Assembly (NCBI GenBank): GCA_951406725.2
Contig: OX597831.1
Span: forward strand, 62,310,001-62,374,000
Length of the DNA stretch: 64,000 bases
From: Octopus vulgaris
Taxonomy: Eukaryota
Direction of reading: 5' to 3'
In this document: positions 43,084 through 56,795 of the stretch, one piece after another
Position numbering within the stretch: position 1 is the first letter of the stretch
How the letters are laid out: each line of letters opens with the position of its first letter
Program-made: the position numbers and the translations under genes
The notes under the pieces: model-generated
Database searches by the model: none
What the model saw: only the letters and a program-made list of their open reading frames with translations
Told to the model about the DNA's origin: nothing

Positions 43084-43384
43084 GTTGTTATTTGTTCCTT
43101 CTCGAGCCATACCCGGCTCATAAGGTCCGGTTTTCCGGTTTCTTAGCGTATAGGTTCTCCACCTGGACGGTACGCTGGTCCGTCGCAGGTGAGCTGCAAG
43201 ATACAGGAAGAAAGAGTGAGAGAATGTTGTGGCGGAAGAGTCAGCAGACGTTTTGCCATTACCTTCTGCAAGAGCCGCGTGGAGCTTAGGTGTTTCGCTT
43301 ATAAACACACACATCGTTCAGTCTGAGATTCGAACCCGCGATCCCACGACAGCTGCTCTAACCACTAGGCCATGTACTTCCACT
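43084..43384 (-). mobile_element. tRNA-derived SINE (family A)
   Basis: A/B boxes, TSD atg(c/t)atattactt, and an (AAC)n-like tail. Confidence 0.85.
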
Positions 43385-44163
43385 ATGTATATTACTTAGA
43401 ATATCTTTACTCGAACGTCATCGTGTCAACATTTTGAACTTAAGAATTTGACTTTTCGGACTGCTTTGAATATGCCAATAATTATTCTATGTATATTACA
43501 TTCCTCTTATATACATATATATATCTGTAACTATATATTGCGACATCGCGAGAATACTGAGTTATTTATTGCCCAGTTCTTTAGTCAATATTAAAGAATC
43601 CTTAAGGAGTATTCCAGAAAAATAAGACTTTGGCTTCAAACTGGTAGTCTATGATAGTTAAAGATTACTCTTTCTTTCTCACTGTGTATGGTTGTACATA
43701 CGTACATTTAGATAACTTCGTATTATGATTTCAGTGGATACGGTGATGTGTATATGTTGTTAACAATATCATGATTTTATAGATACATACACAGAATTTA
43801 GCTATGTAATTGCTGAAATAACTGAATTAACATTATTTGAGAGTTAATGATATATTACATGACATGGGTAAATTATAGATAGATATTTCTGCTCGCTCTG
43901 CATTACTTATGAGATTGTATTCCATGCTGACAACATTTGTAAAAAAAATATTACTCAAACAGAATCACCGTTTCAGTAATAATGTTTAGTACGTATTAAA
44001 GCCATATTGAAAACGCCGGTAGTAATTATGTTAACGTAATTTCAAAATAGACTTTAATGACAAGGGATAGATAGCAACAGTTAGTGCCCACCACAGTAAT
44101 GAACAAGAAAATATTCGGATTCCTGAAATTAATTTAATTGAAATCTCATTATTTAAAAGAGTT

Positions 44164-44538
44164 GCGTCCCCAAAGTCCATCCCCTCCTCACCGTAGTGGG
44201 GACGCTGGCAACGGGTAGTGTCAGAGCTATGCTGTCGGGATCTTCGGTTCTTGGTAAGGCCACCCAAGGCGGATTGGTCTGACACCGAGTAGTATTAGGC
44301 CCACAACCCGGCAGACGGGGCTCTGGTGAAAATCCTCGGAGTGTCTGTTTCGGCAACCGGCGGCTCCTCGGTCGTTCTGTCCCTGTGTCTGCTGACAATC
44401 TGCGGCAAACAGGATGTCTCCACATGCGGGATTGTTGGGGACCGCTTGTGAAATTCATATTCCCACGAAACATCTTCGATGAGTAGAAGAATCCGACTCA
44501 ACCCGCCCAGGGTGAATATCGCCACAAGTACAAATAAG
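44164..44538 (+). mobile_element. GC-rich short retroposon (RTE-derived-like), copy 1
   Basis: Perfect 14-bp TSD tatttaaaagagtt (44150-44163 / 44539-44552). The 3' tail is made of ACAAGT-like repeats, and there are no Pol III A/B boxes. Confidence 0.85.
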
Positions 44539-45896
44539 TATTTAAAAGAGTTATGGATTAAACTGGATACCACTCTAGCAGTTACAGGAAGGTATTCAAC
44601 AGATAGACCAAGAAATCTGTGTATTCCACATCTAATTTGCTGATAATTTAGCTATTGTTAACATTAAGAAATTAAACACTATAAGGAATTACGAATCTAC
44701 TTGTACTATTTCAGGCAGAAAAATACCAATGTAGGTCAGCTATAGATAATATATCTGATGTAATTATTTATGATGATGAGAGCAATACAATGTCTCCTCA
44801 TAATAATAACATTAGTAGAAATAAAATAAAGTAAATACCTTATGATAGTCAAACATATGTAACTGTGCAGCGTTGGAAGAATAATTTGCTTTATAAATGC
44901 TCGGTTCAAACATTAGGAACTACAGCCTTCAAAGTAAAAAATCACATAACATAACAGTGTTAATTACAAAAGAAAAGTCCCCGGTGCTTGCCTTGATTGG
45001 TTCATTTAGGGAGTAAAAGAAGAAAAAATATTAACTATCCAATTTTACTGCCAATTATACTTAGAGACTCTGTTAAAATTTGTTTCACTCATCAGTAGCG
45101 GTATTTAAAATCTTCAAATGTAGGTGAAATAGTTATTATTCCGTTGTTCTCTCATCTTAAATAGAATACTCTTAAAATTTCCACATGACCATTTAACACA
45201 ACTAACTTATATCGATTTAACTAATATTACTGATAGTGTTCTTACCTATAAATCCTCCCACCACCACTTGACTTATCTCAGCTAGTAACCCATTTCTTAA
45301 CTAACGTATCTCATTTAATACTTGCCTATTGTATCTATTTTACGTTCAGTGTAATTTAATTGCAGCGAATACAGTATTATGTTGGATTGATTACTCAGTC
45401 GGAATATATTCTGAGCTTTCATTCTAATGGAAACTTCCATATTTTTTCTTCATTCAATTTAGTTCTATCAACTCTTTATTATATACTACTACGATAATCT
45501 TTCTTTTATAATATTCCTCTTTTATTGGCACTTCTGACAGTATCATACAAAACAGAAATTCCTTAACAATTTTACTATATCCCGTAAATTTCTTTTTCCT
45601 CGCCACTGCACTTCAGTCAAAATTAACAAACGCTTAACCTCTCAGTCAAAAAGGGAATGATGGTTATGTATTTAGATCAAAGAAAATATTCTGATACATA
45701 CCTCATCGTCATTGTTCATTGACTGAAACATCTCCTGTATTGGGTAGACACCGGCTGCGTAATATATATTTGTCATATATTCTATGGAATAAATTTCGTT
45801 TTTGGATTTGGTTTGCAAGACTCTTTATGAGTTCGTGCGTTGAAGCATATTCTGTTGTGTCTGGGGAGAGTAATTTTCGTTTTGTGCCTTATTTTT

Positions 45897-46006
45897 TAAC
45901 ACACTCACCGGTAAAATTTCCACTTTTTTTCTTATTTTTATTTTCCTAAAATTTTGGGAAAATAAAAATAAGAAAAAAAGTGGAAATTTTACCAGTGAAT
46001 GTGTTA
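45897..46006. repeat. ~110-bp near-perfect palindrome
   Basis: taacacactcaccggtaaaatttccac...cctaaaattttggg...gtggaaattttaccagtgaatgtgtta. Confidence 0.9.
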
Positions 46007-46469
46007 TATTATCAGGCACAAAAAAAAATGACTCCCCAGACGTGACAGACTATGGAATAAAATCTTTCACTATATTTGTTAAATTTTCTGAAAATGTACA
46101 CAAGTAAATTTAAGTGGTCGAATAAGATGGCTGCAATTAACTTCCTTAATTCATGAAAGTGATGAAATTCATACAGTTTCCGATTTTGTTCACTAAACAT
46201 TCTCTTTGCCAGTTTCTTTTGCATGGCATGCTTAGCGGGCAATTACCGCAGACATTTACTTCCGCACCGTTGAATTATTGTGCACCAGAAAGACTATGAT
46301 GTATATGGGTAAAGGGAGAGCAAATCTTGTTTTTCTTTCTTTTCTTTCTGTTTTATAAACTATTTGTCTTCTCGAACTACTTTTTGCATCAACGCTTTTT
46401 TGTTTACCTTATTTTTGAATGTGCAAGCGTCCTGGTTTTCAAATAGGACAAAACATGTGCTCTGAGCCT

Positions 46470-47275
46470 GAAATTTTTTTGATCTTCGTCTACCCTTATT
46501 TTGAGGGGACGGAATGTTTCGCCTTTGTATAACCTACTACAGCTGCATGGGATGGAATACACGCAGTTTTTGGTCGTTTTCACTTCTATTGGTAGTTTTA
46601 CTCAAAGGACATATTTGCTAAGTGAATACTGTCCTGATGTCATATGGGCTGCATATCTCTTGTATCTTTTCAGAGAGGCCTTCCAGTTTGGGTAGACAGA
46701 CTTTGGACAGTTTATCGGTTTCATCTCATCTTTTCTTCATAATATGAGTAGATAGCATGCTTTTGGGGTATTTAGTGCGCTTAATAGATTGTTTAAGCTT
46801 GATCATTATTAAGTGTGTATCACGATTGCTACTTATATTATATGCATGATGTTTTAGGCACTGATCAATCCCTTTCTTTACACTGTGTGGATGGTGGGAA
46901 TTGAAGTTTAGGTATCGTCTAGTGAAGGTCGGCTTGCGGTATACGGATACCCTGTATCCATACTTGGTGCATGTTATTAATACGCTCATGAATGCTAGCT
47001 GATTGTCTCCTTCTTTTTCCATTGTGAACTGTATGGATGGATTTATTGAATTCACATGATCTAACAGCACTTTGACAGACATCTTCTCGGAGAGGACAGA
47101 GTATGAAGTTTTTATCAACATAGCTCAACCATAGGGTTGGTTTTAGTGGTGTTGATCCCGAAGAGAAATTCGCAAAGTATCCCATGTATATATTGGCTAT
47201 TATCAGTGATAATGGCGAACCCATTGCTAAACCCTCTTCTTGTCGATATATATCAGGAAGGTATATCAGTCGAAA
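46470..47275 (-). pseudogene. Degraded Penelope/Poseidon-type PLE (RT, thumb, GIY-YIG)
   Basis: YRQEEGLAMGSPLSLIIANIYM, NSINPSIQFTMEKE, VYRKPTFT.RYLNFNSHHP and NCVYSIPCSCSRLYKGET, with frameshifts and stops. Confidence 0.88.
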
Positions 47276-48016
47276 CGTTAACAACAAACAAGATGAGGAC
47301 AAATATCCATCAAATGTAAGTCATGTACATAATTACTCATCTCTTAAATATAGAACTGTAATATATATATCTGTGTGTGTGTGTGTGTGTGAAAGGAAAA
47401 AATGGAGGAATTTATATATGGAAACATTAATTATTTGAAACAATTGCAATTTCAGACAATATCAAAGTCATAGTACTTACGCTCGTTTCCATGCTAAAGT
47501 TAATAATAAAAAAAAATTCGAGACTGATAATGAATATAGCTGAACGTTAATGCTGACATCTCTTTAAGAGGTATTTATATCCTCGAAATAATTCATATAT
47601 ATATACATATACAAATACACTCGCACATTCACACGCACACACATATGTATGTAGGCATGTATATACATATATATATGTTGATTTGTTCTTCTGTCTCAGG
47701 ACACAATTTGTTTTGTCATAGTCAATAATGAATCTAATGTGCTTTGCTATTTATATACTCTGGAGTATTGGCGCATGTGAAGTATGAAAACAATAGAAAT
47801 ACCTAGAACACAAATACAATCAATTTGCTTCGCAAGAGCGCTTACAAATCGGATAACACCATTAAAGTTTTAACGTAAAATATTACCTACGGAAATTAGT
47901 TGCTATACTAATTACGTGGCTAAATATTTAGTTGTTATATAGAAAAAAATATTTTGTTCAAAGCAAATACAGAGAACATTCGACCAGGTTGATATGATTT
48001 AGAATTAGATCGTGGA

Positions 48017-48054
<38 letters not shown>

Positions 48055-48081
48055 CATATATATATATTTCCCCGATCTAAT

Positions 48082-48140
<59 letters not shown>

Positions 48141-48156
48141 TCTATATAAGGGGATG

Positions 48157-48209
<53 letters not shown>

Positions 48210-48299
48210 ATGTGTGTATGTGTATATATGTGTGTATGTATGTATTTATATATGTATGTTCGTAAGATAACATACAGAAGATAAAAGATATATTTCAAA

Positions 48300-49260
48300 T
48301 TTCGCCCATGTGCAATTTCATTTGCAAGTGGTTTGCATTTCTCAATCATTTCCGGTTTTTTATTATCCACTCGTTCATCTCCAGGTGAGGCAATGTCTAT
48401 AACCTTGCTTCTTTTTTGGGGTGTTATCAAATAAAGGGATGTCTGGTCTCTGAGCATCAATCCACGAATCATACTGAATTGTGAAATCTCACAAGATCTT
48501 GTACCCATTATTTTTGGTGATATCGTCAAGTTTAATTTCATACTATTTGAAAATCTTTCAATCGCAATTTATGAGACTCTTTCAATTTTTATTCCACAAA
48601 TCCTACAAAGTTATGCGTTAATACTGTTATCTATCTGGAATTTGCTGTAACTAGTTCTCAGAGAATGGTCCTCAACGCTGCATATGAATGCCTCAGCTCA
48701 TCTTTTCCGATCACTGTTCGTTACCCACCTCCAATTCTTGGACTAGTCTTTTCCTTTCATCTTTCTGAGGTATTATCCATGGATAGCTATCAATCTCCAG
48801 TTGTTCAATGTTCTCCATCTTCTTTCCGAAATTCGTTTGGGTGTCATATTTTCACTAGGTATTGCGTTTCTATTTCTAACAGCAACAAAGAGTCTATGAA
48901 TCTGCTGTTTACCCTGTCATTCCAGAGCATTTTCCCCTTGCATCCTTTGAGACTGCTTCTTCATGGGTTTCTAAATACATATAATCTATCGGCATCGCAG
49001 TTCTGGTGCAGTTCTGATTTGATTATCATAAATTTCTTGTTTTTGCTACCCATTTCCTCAAGTTCGTTCTCTCTCCATCTAACAGCATCTGTACCACATC
49101 ACAGTAATGAGACAGCGCATGTATTCATTGCCCTAAACTTGTTCTTTCCATTGAGACTATTCTCCATAATTAATTTCGTTCGCCTAAAATTACCTTCCTT
49201 TCACTCAGATTGATTTTTGCCTTAGTCCAAAATACCCAGATATTTGCAACTCAAAACTCT
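48300..49260 (-). pseudogene. Degraded R4/Dong-like non-LTR retrotransposon (RT C-terminus, CCHC, restriction-like endonuclease)
   Basis: KYLGIL, FRRTKLIMENSLNGKNKFRAMNT, DADRLYV, CRICG and VIDIASPGDERVDNKKPEMIEKCKPLANEI. Confidence 0.8.
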
Positions 49261-49409
49261 TAGTTCTCCCGCCGTTAGGCAGTTCAACACAATCATGGTA
49301 CTATTAATATCATTGTTATTATTTCCATATTATTTCTCAGAATTCTCATTCTTACTTGTACCAGTAAATTCTGACCCTACATAACTTTCATTTCTAACTC
49401 TACCTTCAC

Positions 49410-49424
49410 TAGTAGTAGTAGAAA

Positions 49425-49481
<57 letters not shown>

Positions 49482-49578
49482 CGGCAGCAGTAGCAACAGA
49501 AGCAGAAGCAGCAGAAGAAGAAGCAGTAGTAGTAGTAGTAGTAGTAATAGTAGTAGTAGTAGTAGTAGTAGCAGCAGC

Positions 49579-49616
<38 letters not shown>

Positions 49617-49653
49617 CAGCAGCAGCAAAAGCAGAAGCAGCAGCAGCAACAGC

Positions 49654-49695
<42 letters not shown>
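49410..49695. repeat. (TAG)n/(CAG)n compound trinucleotide microsatellite
   Basis: Direct reading, with an internal higher-order repeat of TAG runs and CAG/AAG blocks. Confidence 0.95.
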
Positions 49696-49916
49696 TCCAT
49701 TGTTGCTGATACAAGTATCGCTCCGATTCTCTTACGCAGTTTGTCCCCCTATTGTGTTTATCTTGTAGTCAAGGCATGACAGATGCTCAGCTTTGAAGTA
49801 ATTATAAACTGTAAAATATCGTAAATGTTGATCGTTGGGAGAAGAAATAAAGTGGATACGTAGCACAGACGTTAATTTTAACAAAACTCCAATTGTACCG
49901 CCCTACAATATGCCCC

Positions 49917-50315
49917 GCGTCCCCAAAGTCCATCCCCTCCTCACCGTAGTGGAGACGCTGGCAACGGGTAGTGTCAGAGCTATGCCGTCCGGAACTTCGG
50001 TTCCTGGTAGGGCCACCGTAGGCGGATTGCTCTGACACCGAGTGGTATTAGGGCCACAACCCGGCAGACGGGGCTCTGGTGAAAATCCTCGGAGTGTCTG
50101 TTTCGGCAACCGGCGGCTCCTCGGTCAATCTGTCCCTGCGTCTGCGGACAATTTGCGGAAAACAGGATGTCTCTACATGCGGGATTGTTGGGGACCGCTT
50201 GTGAAATTCATATTCCCACGAAACCTCTTCCAGTGCCATGGTTCGAGATGCCTCGAGGGTTGTAGAAGAAACCGACTCAACCCGCTCAGGGTGAATGTCG
50301 CCACAAGTACAAGTA
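49917..50315 (+). mobile_element. GC-rich short retroposon, copy 2
   Basis: Colinear with 44164-44538, same 5' start gcgtcccc, ~24-bp extra segment near the 3' end, and an acaagtacaagta tail. Confidence 0.85.
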
Positions 50316-50819
50316 ATGACATAGAAATTAAAGAACTGAAAAACACATACATAGTAAACACATATCTCACACCAATAATAAATGATAAATTATAAGCTTA
50401 TAGCTACAGTATGAATACACCCACACTCTCACTCACACGCGCACAGAGTTACTCACATTTTTGTACAAACCACTCTACTTGATGTTCAGTGTTCCATATT
50501 TAATTGAGATATCCACATGCTTTTATGCATCGTTTTTATCAAAAAGTTCCGAGACGATTTCTTTGGATGGCTATGTAGGTAAACTTCATCGTATATTTGA
50601 CTAGATCATTAATAATAGACATATTTATAAACATAGAACAAGATTAGTCGCCATGAAAACTTTGAAACAATTGTCGACTGGCACATAAAAATACTATTAC
50701 AAAATCTCCAATTTTAAGATTTTCTTATTTATATTTCTATAAACATGTATGTGAGTGTGTGCGTTTATGTATATATAGTTATATATGTATTCATTTGTAT
50801 ACATGTATATATATTTATA

Positions 50820-51110
50820 TCATCGTGACCGACCAGGCTATCAGATGGTACTACATATCGCTGGTCACAATGCGCTTCGCCTTGTTTCATCCTTCAAATT
50901 TCGCCACCCCGCTGGCTAAACGAGCAGGCCAACCGAAGAAAGTGTGAGAGAAAGTTGTGGCGAAAGAGTACAGCAGGGATCGCCACCACCCCCTGCCGCA
51001 ACTTTAAGTGTTTTCGCTCAATAAACAATCACAACGCTCGGTCTGGGAATCAAAAATGCGAACCTACGACCGCGAGTCAGCTGCCCTAACCACTGGGCCA
51101 TTGCGCCTCA
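50820..51110 (-). mobile_element. tRNA-derived SINE (family A-related)
   Basis: Box A TGGCCCAGTGG. Shares the gagagaaagttgtggcgaaagag segment with the 12291 copy. Confidence 0.75.
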
Positions 51111-51929
51111 CACACACACGCACACGTATATATATGTATATACTTAGTTGTATATATTTGCTATTCATATACGTGTGAGTGTGTAAGTGTGTGTGTAATA
51201 CCAAGCTTGTTTTGATTAGAGTTGATTGATTGTATACAGAGTTGCATCACTGGGGAAGACTGTCATTAAACTCTGTATTTTACCGTGCCTACGGTATTAT
51301 TCTGTAATTTCTTCAGTATAGCCAAAGCTCAACCACTGAAAATGTTTTGACACTGAGTTCTTGGTATAATGCCTGCTTGATAGGAATGACATCGGTGACA
51401 ACGGCCTTACCAAACAGATTTTTGTAGAGATATATTTTCCCCATTTATTTAGACGTAGCTACTGACTACATGCATTCAACTTTACACTTGTGGTCATCGT
51501 ATTCCTGTCATATTATTAATTGCCTACCAAATTACAGATGAATTCTTGTTCTCCGTTATTTGCCCATTTGAGTCAGTTAACTGCTGATATAGTTTTGTTT
51601 TTTACCTGATATGATTTATGTAATTTTCTCTGTACTTATTGGTATTGCGTCATATATGTGTTTGTGTCAGTGCGTGTGTCTGTATGTGTGTGAGTGGTCT
51701 GTGTATATATGTGTTAATGTTAATGTGTGTGCGCGCTCGCACGTCTAATGTGCAAACTGACCGAGTAGTCTCTGAATGGCACACTAACGAAAAGTTACTT
51801 TCTATATTCTCAGTAGTGCAACGTATCTGATTATTAGGCATTTCCAAGGGGGCACACTTTTCGAAAAGAGATGCCTATGCCTGATCAAAGCCCACTATCT
51901 TGTGGCTCATATTCTGGAGCTACGACAGT

Positions 51930-52168
51930 GATTTTACGTTGCTCCAGACCACTCAAATGGAAAAAATTCGTAGTACCTTATTTCAAAGGGCTAGCCTTGT
52001 CATATTCTGTGATCTGTGTCAGGCTGACACACCATGAGGACTACTTTAAGAGTACGCGTGTCTGCAGAGTGCTCAGCCACTTCCACATTAATTTCACGAG
52101 CAGGCTGTCCCGATGACCTGTTGAACTGGAAACCTCGTCCTCGTAACCGACAAAATACCTATATTTTA
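51930..52168 (+). mobile_element. SINE (family E), head missing or degraded
   Basis: Reverse-complement match to 63320-63560. Confidence 0.75.
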
Positions 52169-52659
52169 AACACATGGCATTTAGTGAGTCCAGTTTTCTG
52201 CAATTTGTACACGTGTCTGCATTTTTATGTATATGAATTGGGCGATATCTTGTGTCTAATTGATAGGCACATATTTCATGTTCCTCCAGTGTAAGCAGTC
52301 GAAATGATTACCAGATAACAGTTTGAGCATTTCTGTCTTCCTACAAAAGCCGTGATATATCGACGCGTCAAACATGAGAGGGACAAAAACATATCTATAT
52401 TGGAACTACAAGAGAAAAAATGCGGAATAAAATTTTAGTCTATATCGCTTCTCAGCGACATCTAAACAAACTTCCATTTATGTACCTTCACCTTCACTCT
52501 CACGCACATGCATATCACACGTACACGCACGCACATACACACGCACACAAAAACACACGCACACGTATATACATATGTCTGTGCGTTTTTGTATGTATAT
52601 TTATGTATCTATTCTTTGTATGCATATATATAGAGTTGCTACATTTTGTCTCATTTCAG

Positions 52660-52816
52660 GATAACCAAATATTACCTCCCACGTCTTCTCAGACAAGACA
52701 TCGCTCCGAAGACGACAATCATAACATCGTGTCAGTTGAAAGAAAATAAGCACCAGTATCCATGGAGATTTTGGAACATTGATCTACTTCTTGTTATGGA
52801 ACGCTTCACATATTTG
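52660..52816 (+). other. Candidate host exon (ITKYYLPRLLRQDIAPKTTIITSCQLKENKHQYPWRFWNIDLLLVMERFTYL)
   Basis: tttgtctcatttcag acceptor and an open frame in a unique island between microsatellites. Weak donor. Confidence 0.22.
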
Positions 52817-53100
52817 GTGTGCACGTGTATTTTTCTGTGTGTGTATATATACAGCCATATGTATATATACATACACACACACACACACATATATATATAC
52901 ATAAACACTTACATAAATGCATATATAAATAAATATGTATATATGTATGTAAATACATACAACATACATATACACATATATACATGTATGCATATTCATA
53001 CAAATATATATATCTATGTATACACACATAAATATAGGCGGGCTTATGTGTACATATATATATGTGTGTGTGTATATATGTATCTCTCTCTCTCTCTCTC

Positions 53101-53144
<44 letters not shown>

Positions 53145-53166
53145 AGAGAGAGAGAGATACATATAT

Positions 53167-53201
<35 letters not shown>

Positions 53202-54555
53202 CGCATAAGTGTTTATGCCTCTCTACCTATATACATGTGTGTTTGCACTTGCGTACGTATATGCTATTCCTAGGCGTAAGAATTCGTATTGCTATGCAAT
53301 AAACCTAACATGCTTCAATATAATATTCGAGAGTGTCATTCTCGAATAGCCTTGTCTGTAGTTAATGTTTATGGCTTAAATAACATTTGCCATATCTTCC
53401 ATTATATCTGGTTTATCTGGTACCGAATGAGGAGCCAAATGCTTAGAATCTCTAATCGTCTGCCATTTATTCTGCGCATAAAATAGAAAACTTTTGTTGA
53501 AAAATAATAAGCTGTTGTTGTTGTTTTTTATTTGTATCCCACAATGGCATTTTGCATTATTTGGAAGCTAACTTCCTTATATTCAGTATCAAATGTGATT
53601 TTAGCGTGAAAATAACAATATAGATTTGTATAGCATATTCCTTTTCTTTTTTCTTTTATCGCTCATAATGAAATATTCTTTGAATGCTTACAATTCAGGA
53701 GTTTTCAATTAAATAGTGACTGGTATTCAGTGTATTTCAGTTTAGAACATTACATCTTATCTGTTCTATTATTACTTAAAACTATCAACTCCTGATTGAT
53801 TCATTGTCAGAAGACGGACATAAATCTCGCCTCAACAGGATACTAAATAACACAAAGCCCTTTATAATTGGCAGCATGTCTGTAAGAAATTGCAGTATTA
53901 TTCATGATTGTGTATTTATTTGTGTCTACGTGATTGTCTATCTGTTCTTTACAAATGTTATTGTTTTAATATATTGTACTGGTTTTATCTTCCATTGAAA
54001 CATTCACAGGAGATTTTTTTTAATAGAACTTTACAAAAAAAAATTTTCATTTGATGTTGCATATTGCATCAATGTCTGCAATCTTTTTGATATAAGTATT
54101 TGAAGTTTGCAATGGATAATATATATATATATATATATAAAAGCAGCCACATATTAATAGATAACGTATTTAAACATGAATATTTCAGAATACTTATTTA
54201 TCACAGTGATTCAGAAACTTTTTTCTCATTAATATACTGTCATAGAAACTTAAATCTTTTTGGAATAAATATCGGTGGAGAATACGTACGAGAATGTAAA
54301 GACCCTGGTTTTCACAGTGAGTGAGATTCCTATGCTTCCTTCTTCTACTGCACTACGAGTAAGTAACAAACATAATTACGTGTGCATGTATATATGTGTG
54401 TGAGTGCCTGTGTCTGTGTATACATGTATATGCATATATATATATGCATATATGTGTGTCTAAACAAATATATATATGCATATATACGTGTGCACACAGG
54501 CACATATTTGTATATATATTCATATATATCATGCATACATACATATACGTACATA

Positions 54556-54611
<56 letters not shown>

Positions 54612-54642
54612 AATATAATATGTGAAAATTATTCGGCAGCAA

Positions 54643-54705
54643 TAATAAAACTCCGAGTTTCGGATTCCGGGTCGAAAACCCACGCAGCCATCTCTTCAGT
54701 TATCA
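54643..54705 (-). ncRNA. Hammerhead ribozyme motif adjacent to (TA)n
   Basis: tgataa-CTGAAGA-gat...gggt tttcg accc...atcc-GAAA-ctcggag-TT-ttatta. Stem III resembles the 3604 motif. Confidence 0.6.
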
Positions 54706-55150
54706 GGCATCGAAAAAAAATGCTATGGAAATACCATTAAAGCAAAGGGAAATTACTGTGTGATTGATCGTTATTACGACAAAAGTGCTATTAGAATGAC
54801 CGCTAAGTAAGGGGAGGGTGTAAAATTAAGGGAGTATAGATGATCATATTAATCGGGTAAGCACGCATGTTCATACATATACATGCGCTCGCACACCCAG
54901 GTGCATGCGCCTATATGTATATACTCATCCACACTTTCTTGAAACACACACATGCTCACCCACACATAAGCCAAAAAATATAGACATACCCGCATACACG
55001 CTCGCACACAAACAGAAACATGTGTGAAAAATGACATAACTTAAAAATCAGTTTCAGCTCAACTACTAATCTTAAAAATATAATCGCACACAACACGCAA
55101 AAACCACAATATGAATAGATAAAAATTTGTGCCCGTAAAATGGAGCTTGC

Positions 55151-55591
55151 ATGTCCGAGACCATCATTTATGAAGCCACCGTCGACTCTATATCCACTAA
55201 GGACCCGATTTCGACGAAGAAATACGTAGGCCTTACAGAGGGTAATTTCAAGGCCAGGTTCAACAATCTCACCTTGTGCTTCAGGCACTGGGATAAAAGG
55301 AAAACGGTCAAATTATCCAGTCATATATGGTCCTTAAAAGATAAAAGCTACATGGTCCATTGGAAGAACTTAGCCAAGTGTAAGCCCTACACCAATGGCA
55401 GTGGAAAGTGCGATCTTTGTGATATGGAAAGATGGCTTATCTGGAAAAGCAGCTTAGACCCCACCACATGTCTGAATTCAAGAAATGAACTTTTCGGATC
55501 ATGTCGTTATGTGGCTAAATATTTATTATGTTTCTCCCCACCACCCAAATTCCGAGCCTTATACGTAGAGAATACAAGAAAATTACCATAG
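55151..55591 (+). pseudogene. 5'-truncated PLE: GIY-YIG endonuclease fragment of the same clade as the intact element but a different family
   Basis: IIYEATV...KYVGLTEGNFKARF...LSSHIWSLK...KPYTNGSGKCDLC...LNSRNE aligns by eye with the C-terminus of the 713-aa ORF. Confidence 0.85.
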
Positions 55592-55705
55592 GATTTGAAA
55601 ATGGAGAAAAGTTCTACAATTTTTATTTCGAAATATTATTCAAACTTAATTTTTCTGAAATTTATTTGCAAACATTTCGATATCCATAAATATATATAAC
55701 TACAA

Positions 55706-55900
55706 GTGAATCATTGGCAACTTTTTTCCTCCGTATTCCTTTTCTATTCGACTATCTTCTGTTTCCTGTTTCTGAAGAAGAGCTTTGCTCGAAACGTAAA
55801 ACCATCTTTCTTTCTTTCCATGAGCGCATCCACGCGTTGTTGTTCTTACCACATCCACGCGTTGTTGTTTTTATTTTGTGTTTGTTCTTCGTTTTTTGGG
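55706..55900 (+). mobile_element. HHR-like short repeat directly downstream of the GIY-YIG fragment (possible 3' pseudo-LTR)
   Basis: CTGAAGA-a-gagc ttt gctc-GAAA at 55772-55794. Homologous to 27435-27642, with the cleavage triplet apparently lost. Confidence 0.6.
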
Positions 55901-55928
55901 GGTGGGGGATTTACTCTTTATATATATG

Positions 55929-55962
<34 letters not shown>

Positions 55963-56245
55963 TGTATGTATGTATGTATGTATGTATGTATGTATGTATG
56001 TATGTATTATGTACGTATGTATGTATGTATATATGTATATATATTTGCGTGTGATATGTATGCGCGAGTGTACGTGCGTAAAAACCTAACATAATACTTG
56101 TATATTTTCACTTTAAATCAACATTAAATAATGAAATACCTTCTCGATATATCTGAGGTGTCGTTTGTTTAACGCATTCTGCTTGCAACTAAGGTTTCAG
56201 CTACTTACCCCCCGCCCATATATATATATATATATATAGGGAGAG

Positions 56246-56288
<43 letters not shown>

Positions 56289-56703
56289 TGTCAGGATATG
56301 GAATATGTATGCAATGTATTATAATTTCTATTGTTTTGACATTTATGCATGGAGTTGAAATATATTTTCTGACATAATTTAATTCGTTCAGTTCTTATAG
56401 TCTCTATCTCTCTCAACTATATATATTTCAACATTCTCTATAGAATATTTGACAATGGTAACAGGGTTTGAAATGTCAAAACTGTTGCAGCATCAATTCA
56501 AAGATTGTAAATATATCTATTTCCGCTTCATCTCCTTGAAGTACGCTAAATTTTTTTTTTTCCGAAATGAAATACTCCATAAAATTCAACTGGTAATATT
56601 TAGTGCGAAAGTATTATCCTTTTGAATTATAAATTATTATGAATTACGATTTAAAAGCAGCTCTAGTAAGTGTAAACGTTATCGATCGCACAATAGGTAG
56701 GGC

Positions 56704-56795
56704 GCATTCCTCGGACGCTATCTCAACAGCAAATTTAACGAATGAATAAGTATTAATTCGTTAAATTTGCTGTTGGGATAGCGTCCGAGGAATGC
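56704..56795. repeat. 40-bp-stem hairpin with 12-nt loop
   Basis: gcattcctcggacgctatctcaacagcaaatttaacgaat / attcgttaaatttgctgttgggatagcgtccgaggaatgc, with one G-U on the + strand. Confidence 0.9.

Noticed and set aside
49377-49714. Poly-Leu and poly-Tyr/Cys ORFs
   Set aside because: (TAG)n/(CAG)n microsatellite.
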